From positions 1-39,183 of the forward strand of contig DATLKH010000373.1 in assembly GCA_035538475.1 (NCBI GenBank): a stretch of DNA of 39,183 nt, given 5' to 3'. Source of the DNA: Candidatus Dormiibacterota bacterium. GTDB lineage: Bacteria > Chloroflexota > Dormibacteria > Dormibacterales > Dormibacteraceae. The notes under the pieces were generated by a model that saw only the letters and a list, made by a program, of their open reading frames with translations, made no database searches and was not told the DNA's origin. The position numbers and the translations under genes were made by a program. Shown here piece by piece: positions 33,450 to 39,183 of the stretch (position 1 is its first letter; every line of letters starts with the position of its first letter).

Positions 33450-36400
33450 CTACCCCGCCGGTTTTTCGACCTCTACAAGTACAGGTTCGGCGGGCGGTGG
33501 TTCGGGCGGATTCAAGACGGAAACTGGCACGATCTGGCGGAAGCGCCTCAAAGCTTGCTCCCAATCCGCCAGCAGGTGCGCCGCCAGCCGGCTCTTGGTC
33601 CGGAGGTGATGCTCTTCGACCAGCGCGCGCAGCTCCTCGCGGTCCTCTTGCGGAACTTCGCGCGCGATGACGCTGTCGGCGTTCAGCTGCAGGAAATCGA
33701 TGGCGTATGCGACGCCGCCCGTCATTCCCGCCCCCGTGTTCCACCCGACAGGCCCCAGCGAAACGGCGACTCCGCCGGTCATGTACTCGCAGAAATGATT
33801 TCCAGCACCTTCGATCACGGCCGTGGCGCCCGAGTTTCGGACGCAGAACCGCTCGCCAACGCGGCCGGCGATGAACAGCTTGCCGGCGGTGGCTCCATAC
33901 GCGATCGTGTTGCCCGCCAGCACCGGGTCGGTGGCACCATCGTCCGAGAACGGCCGGATCGTGATCACCCCGCCGCCCATGCCTTTGCCGACATAGTCCT
34001 GAGCTTGTCCTTCGAGCGTCACCTCGACGCCTTCGGGCAGGAATGCTCCGAAACTCTGCCCCGCACTGCCGCGATAAAAGCGGTGGTCGCCTGACGCGAG
34101 CGAGGCGCCTACCGACCGATCCGCGTTTGCGATGTGACCCGATGCCGGGGGTGACGACGGTTCGTCTCCATTGCGCTCCGCCACCCGCTTGCGCGGCTGC
34201 GACGCGTCCGTCGTCGCCAGCACATAGGAGAGGTCGAGAAATGTGCTCTCGCTGGATTCGAGCAGCTCGACGCGGCCCACGATTTCGTCGAGGGTTCGCG
34301 CGCCGGCGCGCGAGAGTTGTTCGCGCACCTCCTCGGCCAGCAAGAGCAGGTAGTTCACGACGTCTTCTGGCCGGCCGGCGAACTTCGCGCGCAAGTCTTC
34401 GCGCTGCGTTGCGATACCCGTCGGACATGTGTTGAGGTGACACTGACGCGCCATATCGCAGCCAAGTGCGACCAGCACTCCCGTACCGAATCCGAACTCT
34501 TCAGCACCGAGCATCGCGGCAATGACGACGTCGCGGCCGCCGCGCAGGCCGCCGTCGGTTCGCAGAGTGACGCGATCTCGCAGGCGGTTTTCGACCAGCA
34601 CTTGCTGTGTTTCCGCAAGTCCGATCTCCCAAGGGGTGCCGGCGTTTTTGATTGAGGAGAGCGGTGATGCGCCCGTGCCACCGTCGTGGCCCGAAATCAG
34701 GATGTAGTCGGCGCGCGCTTTTGCTACACCGGCGGCGATGGTGCCGACGCCAGACTCGGAGACGAGCTTCACTCCGACCCGGGCGCGCGGATTCGCGGTC
34801 TTCAGGTCGTAGATCAGCTGCGCCAGGTCTTCGATCGAATAGATGTCGTGGTGGGGTGGGGGCGAGATCAGCTGCATGCCCGGCTGCGCGTGGCGCAAAC
34901 GCGCGATGAGGCTGGTGACCTTGATCCCCGGCAGCTGCCCGCCCTCCCCCGGCTTGGATCCCTGGGCGATCTTGATTTCCAGCTCGTCCGCCCGCTTCAA
35001 ATATCGCGGCGTCACTCCAAAGCGAGCGGAGGCGACTTGCTTGATTCGGTTGTCGCGGCGAACCGGTCCGTCGTCGGTGTAGAAATCGGGATCTTCGCCG
35101 CCTTCGCCTGAGTTGGAGCGCGCCCCCAGCTGGTTCATCGCGATGGCCAGCGCTTCGTGCGCTTCCGGCGACAGCGCGCCCAATGACATGGCGGTGCTGA
35201 TGAATCGTTTGACGATCACGTGCGCCGGCTCCACGTCTTCGAGCGGAGCGGGCTGTGCGGCTTCCTTGATGTGGATCAAGTCGCGCAGCGATTGCGGCCC
35301 ATCCATCGTCGACAGGCGCCTCCACTCCTTGTAAGCGCCCGCGTCCGCGGTTTGCGCGGCCTTCTGCGCCGCGCGCACGGCCAGCGGGTTGTACGTGTGG
35401 TGCTCACCGGCTTTCCGAAAGCGCACCCGGCCGTGATCGGGCAGCGCCGCGGGTCGTGTGCGGGTCAATCGCTCGAGGTCCTCGAAATTCAGACCGCCGA
35501 CACGCGACGGAACGGCCGGAAAGCAAAGCTCCATCACTTCGGCGCCCAGGCCCAGCGCTTCGATCACCTCTGCGCCGCGGTAGCTGGTGACGCACGAGAT
35601 GCCCATCTTGGCCATGACTTTCAAGAGTCCGGCTTCGAGCGCCTTTCGATAGTGCGGCGCGCCTTCATCGCCGACCGTGGCGAATCCGAGATAGGGATGG
35701 ACCGCGCTCGCCCCGATCGTGATCAGGCACGCCAGGTCGTGCACATCGACCACATCGCCTGCAATTGCGACGATGTCTTTGGCCATCCGCTGCCCGCTCG
35801 CCAGCAGGTGCTCGTGCACCGCGCCGACTGCGAGCGCCATCGGCACCGGCATCCGCCCGGGTCCCGCGCGGCGATCGCTCAGCGCAATGACGCCAGTGGC
35901 TTCGTCGGCCTCGCGACACAGCCGGAGCAGCGCTTCACGCAGCGATTCGCCGGGCGAACAGGTCGCGTCGAGCACCACGGCGTCTTCGAGCACTCTTGCC
36001 AGCTCCGCTGCGCCGAGCAGCGGAGACTCGAGCTCCAACAATTGGCCGTTCGACGGGACGGCAGGATGGTGGCGGCGCAGCAGCTCGCGATCGACGCCGC
36101 CTTCCGGTTCGAGCGTGCCGTGACGCGAGCCGAGAAGCGTCCGCAGCGACATGACCGCTTTCTCGCGTAGTGGGTCGATTGCGGGATTGGTGACCTGGGC
36201 GAAGCGCTGGCGCAAGTACCCATAGATCCGGCGCGGCGTGCGCCCCAGAGCGGCGATTGGAATGTCGTCGCCCATCGAGTACACGGGCTCCGCGCCCGAC
36301 TCGGCCATTGCGGTGACGACGAATTTCACGTCCTCGAATCCCCAGCCATGCAGTGATTGATGAACCGGCAAGTCCTCCAACGGCTCGAGCTCGACGTGAT

Positions 36401-37661
36401 GACGCTCCACCGGAATCAGCGCACGGTCGGCGAGCAGGCGGTAGTCATGGCGTGATGCGGCCCGCTCTTTTGCATCCTCGTCTCGAAGCACCGAGCCGTC
36501 GCGGGTGTCCACCAGAAGCATCTGGCCCGGACCCAACCGGCCGCGCTCGATGACGTCTTCGGGATCCATCGTGACGACGCCGGCTTCGGATGCTGCAGCC
36601 ACGATTCCGGATCGAGTGCGCTGCCACCGCAGCGGTCGAAGTCCATTGCGGTCGAGCGCGGCGCCCACCACGATGCCGTCGCTGAAAGTGAGCGCAGCCG
36701 GACCGTCCCACGGCTCGAAACGGATCGACTGGTAGCGGTAGAAATCACGGACCGGAGCGGCCAGGTCACCGCGACCTTCCCAGGCGTCCGGCACCAGGCT
36801 CATCAGCGCCTCGGAGACTTCCCAACCTCGGTCCACGAGCAGCTCGAGCGCGTTGTCGAGCGAGGCAGAGTCGGAACCTTCACGCCAGATCGCTCCTTGC
36901 AGCTCGGGCTCGAGCTCGGCTTCGCGAGCCCGCATCCACGCGCGGTTCCCGGTGATCGTGTTGATCTCGCCGTTGTGCGCCAGCATTCGCATGGGCTGCG
37001 CCAGCCGCCAGTCCGGCATGGTGTTGGTGGAGTACCGCTGATGAAACACGCACAGCCGGCTCTCGCATGCCTCGTCGCGCAGGTCCACGTAGAAATCGGC
37101 CAGGCGGGTGCCGGCCATCAATCCCTTGTAGACGACGGTTCGGCTCGAGCACGACGGCAGGTACATCCGGACGGCGTCCCGGTCTGCCTGGCGTTCGGCC
37201 TGGCGCCGAGCCCGATAGAGTGCGTGCTCCCATTCGTCGGGGCCGAGACCAGGGTTGGGGATCAGTCCGTGCCAGATCACCGGCATGGTCTCTTGCGCGC
37301 GCTCGCCCAACGACGATTCATCGACCGGCACGCGTCGCCATTCGACCGAGCGCATGCCCGCTTCGCGCAGCGCCTCGCCGGCGACTCGCCGGGCCTGCGG
37401 ATCCCACTCGAAAAGCACGGCCACCGCGTGCGGTCCGAGGAGGCGCTCCGGGATCTGGATCAAAACCCCGGCACCGTCGCCGCTCTTGCCGTCCGCGTCG
37501 AGCCCGCCGCGGTGTGCGACCCGGGCAAGGGCCTCGACGCCCAGACGGACCGCATCGTGGCCGAGTCCGGGCGTGGAGACAAATCCGATGCCGCACGCGG
37601 CCCGGCCGCCGGGAACATCCCCCGGCCAGGCGTGGCGCGTGCGAGGTAATGCTGGGGGCAC
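33450..37661 (-). CDS. gltB: Glutamate synthase large subunit
   Basis: N-terminal nucleophile ACGIGFV, VFHQRYSTNT, FMN domain ISGHDGGTGASP, the Cys cluster region LGCDMARQCHLNTCPTGIATQ, and the C-terminal GXGXG domain. GTG start at 37661. Confidence 0.95.
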   Translation of the reverse strand: MPPALPRTRHAWPGDVPGGRAACGIGFVSTPGLGHDAVRLGVEALARVAHRGGLDADGKSGDGAGVLIQIPERLLGPHAVAVLFEWDPQARRVAGEALREAGMRSVEWRRVPVDESSLGERAQETMPVIWHGLIPNPGLGPDEWEHALYRARRQAERQADRDAVRMYLPSCSSRTVVYKGLMAGTRLADFYVDLRDEACESRLCVFHQRYSTNTMPDWRLAQPMRMLAHNGEINTITGNRAWMRAREAELEPELQGAIWREGSDSASLDNALELLVDRGWEVSEALMSLVPDAWEGRGDLAAPVRDFYRYQSIRFEPWDGPAALTFSDGIVVGAALDRNGLRPLRWQRTRSGIVAAASEAGVVTMDPEDVIERGRLGPGQMLLVDTRDGSVLRDEDAKERAASRHDYRLLADRALIPVERHHVELEPLEDLPVHQSLHGWGFEDVKFVVTAMAESGAEPVYSMGDDIPIAALGRTPRRIYGYLRQRFAQVTNPAIDPLREKAVMSLRTLLGSRHGTLEPEGGVDRELLRRHHPAVPSNGQLLELESPLLGAAELARVLEDAVVLDATCSPGESLREALLRLCREADEATGVIALSDRRAGPGRMPVPMALAVGAVHEHLLASGQRMAKDIVAIAGDVVDVHDLACLITIGASAVHPYLGFATVGDEGAPHYRKALEAGLLKVMAKMGISCVTSYRGAEVIEALGLGAEVMELCFPAVPSRVGGLNFEDLERLTRTRPAALPDHGRVRFRKAGEHHTYNPLAVRAAQKAAQTADAGAYKEWRRLSTMDGPQSLRDLIHIKEAAQPAPLEDVEPAHVIVKRFISTAMSLGALSPEAHEALAIAMNQLGARSNSGEGGEDPDFYTDDGPVRRDNRIKQVASARFGVTPRYLKRADELEIKIAQGSKPGEGGQLPGIKVTSLIARLRHAQPGMQLISPPPHHDIYSIEDLAQLIYDLKTANPRARVGVKLVSESGVGTIAAGVAKARADYILISGHDGGTGASPLSSIKNAGTPWEIGLAETQQVLVENRLRDRVTLRTDGGLRGGRDVVIAAMLGAEEFGFGTGVLVALGCDMARQCHLNTCPTGIATQREDLRAKFAGRPEDVVNYLLLLAEEVREQLSRAGARTLDEIVGRVELLESSESTFLDLSYVLATTDASQPRKRVAERNGDEPSSPPASGHIANADRSVGASLASGDHRFYRGSAGQSFGAFLPEGVEVTLEGQAQDYVGKGMGGGVITIRPFSDDGATDPVLAGNTIAYGATAGKLFIAGRVGERFCVRNSGATAVIEGAGNHFCEYMTGGVAVSLGPVGWNTGAGMTGGVAYAIDFLQLNADSVIAREVPQEDREELRALVEEHHLRTKSRLAAHLLADWEQALRRFRQIVPVSVLNPPEPPPAEPVLVEVEKPAG

Positions 37662-37745
37662 TGAGAGTCGAAGCGTACGGAGGGACCAGCTCGCCGGCTA
37701 GTGTGTGGGAGACAAATAACGGCGCGAAATTGTTATGCGGTTGCT

Positions 37746-37888
37746 ACATTGGGAATGTGCCGCGGGCGCCTCGTCGGACTAGGGCGGCCTAGGCGGCCGT
37801 GCGCCCCGCTCGATTCTCGACTTAGGCCCGCGTCACATTGGGAATGTGCCGCGGGAGCTTCGTCGGACTAGAGCGGCCTAGGCGGCCG
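37746..37888. repeat. Two 54-bp direct repeats (37746-37799 and 37835-37888, 51/54 identical), each beginning with the palindromic core ACATTGGGAATGT
   Basis: Read directly from the sequence. The period is 89 bp. Confidence 0.8.
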
Positions 37889-38029
37889 GGCGCTCAGCGC
37901 CGAAGCCGTCGTCGACTCCTGCGCGCGCTCGGTCACGCATCTACGGGATGCGCTCCTTCGCGTGCTCGTCGTCTCCTTGGCTCCGGCCGCCGATGCCGCT
38001 CGATTCTCGACTCAGGCCCGCGTCACATT
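37806..38029. repeat. Two 34-bp direct repeats CCGCTCGATTCTCGACTYAGGCCCGCGTCACATT (37806-37839 and 37996-38029, 33/34); the second overlaps the stop codon of the PucR-like gene
   Basis: Read directly from the sequence. Where the first copy abuts the second 54-bp repeat, a 29-nt hairpin/palindrome forms at 37827-37855. Confidence 0.8.
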
Positions 38030-39126
38030 CCCAGCAGCTGCTGCACGCGTAGGGCAACCGACAGGTTCAGTCGAGTCTCGGGGTCTTCCAGGTCCAGACC
38101 GGTGATCTCGCGAATTCGATCGAGCCGGTAGCGCAGCGTATTGGGATGGACGCGAAGGTGCTGTGCCGCCTGCTGCTGCTCCCCCGTCTCGAGGTAGGCG
38201 CGGAGCGTAGCCACCAATGCTCCTTTACGCGCGCTGTCGTGCTCGATCAGCGGACCGAGGTGTCGATGGCTGTAGTCGACCAATCGCTCGTCGCTCACGG
38301 CCGCCAGCAGTCCCGTGAGGCCGAGCTCGGGCACGGCGACCACCTGACTCCAGCGTTTGAAGCGCGCGAGCGACTCCATCACCGAAGTCACTTCGCGGAG
38401 CGCGCCCTGCACTCCGGCGGGCGCTTCGACAGGTGCGCTGAATCCAACCGACACCGTGAATCCTGGCTTCCAGTCGGCGACCGCCTGGCGGATCTGGAGG
38501 CCGAGGGCGCGGCTGCGGGCCTGGTGATCGACCTGTTCTGGGCCGAGCGGCAGCAGGGCGACGACCTGGTCCGAACGGCCTTGCAGGAGGGCGCGCGGGT
38601 ATGTGGCGCGAACCACGTTCGCGACCCGGCGCAGGAACTCGCGCTTCAGCGCTTGGATCGCGTCTTCGGAGATCTGCCGAGCCCGGTTGAAGCCGCGAAA
38701 GTCGTCGATGTCGACGAGCATCACGATGTGGCCGCCGTGCAGCGGGTAGCCGACGTGCCGGGCGCGGCGCTGGGCGGCGGATTCGTCCCCATAGGTGCCG
38801 TGCAGCAGGTCTTCGAGAAACTCGCCGCGGACGCGGTTCTCGACCTCGGAGAGCTCATGTTCTTTGGCCAGCGAAAGGGCGAGCACCAGCGCGGCCTGCT
38901 CGATCGCCATGAACGCCAGCTCTTCGTTGTGCGGTGGATGGTCGAGGATGGAGATGTAGCCGAGCACCTGGTTGGCGGCGAAGATCGGCGCGATCAAGCG
39001 CGGGCGCGACATGCCGAGGTGGGGGAAAGCGGGAACCTTGACCGGGCCGCGCTTGGCCTCGACTTCGCGCAGCATGCGCTGGATTTGCGGATCGAAGAGC
39101 ACGCGCTGCGGTGTGCCCTGGCGCAT
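38023..39126 (-). CDS. PucR-family transcriptional regulator (GAF-like and GGDEF-like middle region, PucR C-terminal HTH)
   Basis: The C-terminal AAQHLRVHPNTLRYRLDRIREITGLDLEDPETRLNLSVALRV is the PucR_C HTH signature. The frame stays open upstream to the window end (39183), so the gene may be longer. AAGGAA lies 6 nt before the ATG at 39126. Confidence 0.8.
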   Translation of the reverse strand: MRQGTPQRVLFDPQIQRMLREVEAKRGPVKVPAFPHLGMSRPRLIAPIFAANQVLGYISILDHPPHNEELAFMAIEQAALVLALSLAKEHELSEVENRVRGEFLEDLLHGTYGDESAAQRRARHVGYPLHGGHIVMLVDIDDFRGFNRARQISEDAIQALKREFLRRVANVVRATYPRALLQGRSDQVVALLPLGPEQVDHQARSRALGLQIRQAVADWKPGFTVSVGFSAPVEAPAGVQGALREVTSVMESLARFKRWSQVVAVPELGLTGLLAAVSDERLVDYSHRHLGPLIEHDSARKGALVATLRAYLETGEQQQAAQHLRVHPNTLRYRLDRIREITGLDLEDPETRLNLSVALRVQQLLGM

Positions 39127-39183
39127 GATCGTTTCCTTCCGGTGCGGGTCCGCGCTTCCGCCGGCGTGGGCGAGCAGGTGGAA

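Noticed and set aside
37745-37848. The ACATTGGGAATGT palindromes considered as TnrA/GlnR or CRP-type boxes upstream of gltB
   Set aside because: The half-sites and spacing do not match TGTNA-N7-TNACA (TnrA/GlnR), gTnAc-N6-GaAAc (actinobacterial GlnR) or TGTGA-N6-TCACA (CRP). They are kept only as an unassigned palindrome.
37746-38029. The repeat cluster considered as a CRISPR array or a mobile-element att site
   Set aside because: There are only two copies of each unit, with irregular spacing (89 bp and 190 bp), no repeat-spacer periodicity and no cas genes. No integrase, transposase or terminal inverted repeats bracketing cargo were seen, so no mobile-element or CRISPR call is supported.
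1-39183. tRNA, rRNA, tmRNA or other structured RNA genes
   Set aside because: The intergenic regions are short (mostly under 60 nt). The longer ones (3972-4084, 20030-20181, 28226-28448, 37662-38022) show no cloverleaf or conserved RNA motifs that I can recognise.

Overview
High-GC bacterial chromosomal window with compact gene packing and many 1-11 nt start/stop overlaps; the gene content is Terrabacteria-like, but the taxon cannot be determined from this window. Left end (1-7111): four translationally coupled polytopic membrane proteins, the first running off the 5' edge, followed by the conserved rplU-rpmA-obg-nadD-rsfS cluster. Centre (7108-28225): a Tad/Flp-type pilus locus embedded in a dense signalling island. 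The pilus genes are cpaB-tadB-tadC plus an HspR-like MerR regulator on the minus strand and tadE-tadE-tadG-like pseudopilin genes on the plus strand. The motor ATPase is present only as the N-terminal third of a 1,599-aa ORF that continues into a winged-helix-like segment, a class III adenylate cyclase, a STAND NTPase with a degenerate P-loop, and TPR repeats. Directly upstream in the same orientation lie a STAS antagonist, an RsbW-like kinase, a 71-aa free-standing DHp (His phosphoacceptor) mini-protein and a REC-GGDEF protein with a GGDDF active site, but no sigma factor. A REC-PP2C phosphatase and a two-receiver hybrid histidine kinase sit divergently, giving an RsbK/RsbY-like arrangement. 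Next comes a coupled PAS/GAF histidine kinase, a single-domain response regulator and a Hanks Ser/Thr kinase. Right end (28449-39183): a GT4 glycosyltransferase, a ThuA-Gfo/Idh/MocA fusion, a second Gfo/Idh/MocA oxidoreductase, a DinB-like protein, a lipoprotein, the glutamate synthase large subunit and a PucR-family regulator. The gltB upstream region carries nested direct and inverted repeats. No rRNA, tRNA, CRISPR array, transposase or integrase was recognised. The strongest candidate for a novel system is the sigma-less partner-switching, c-di-GMP and cAMP module wired to the fused TadA megaprotein.
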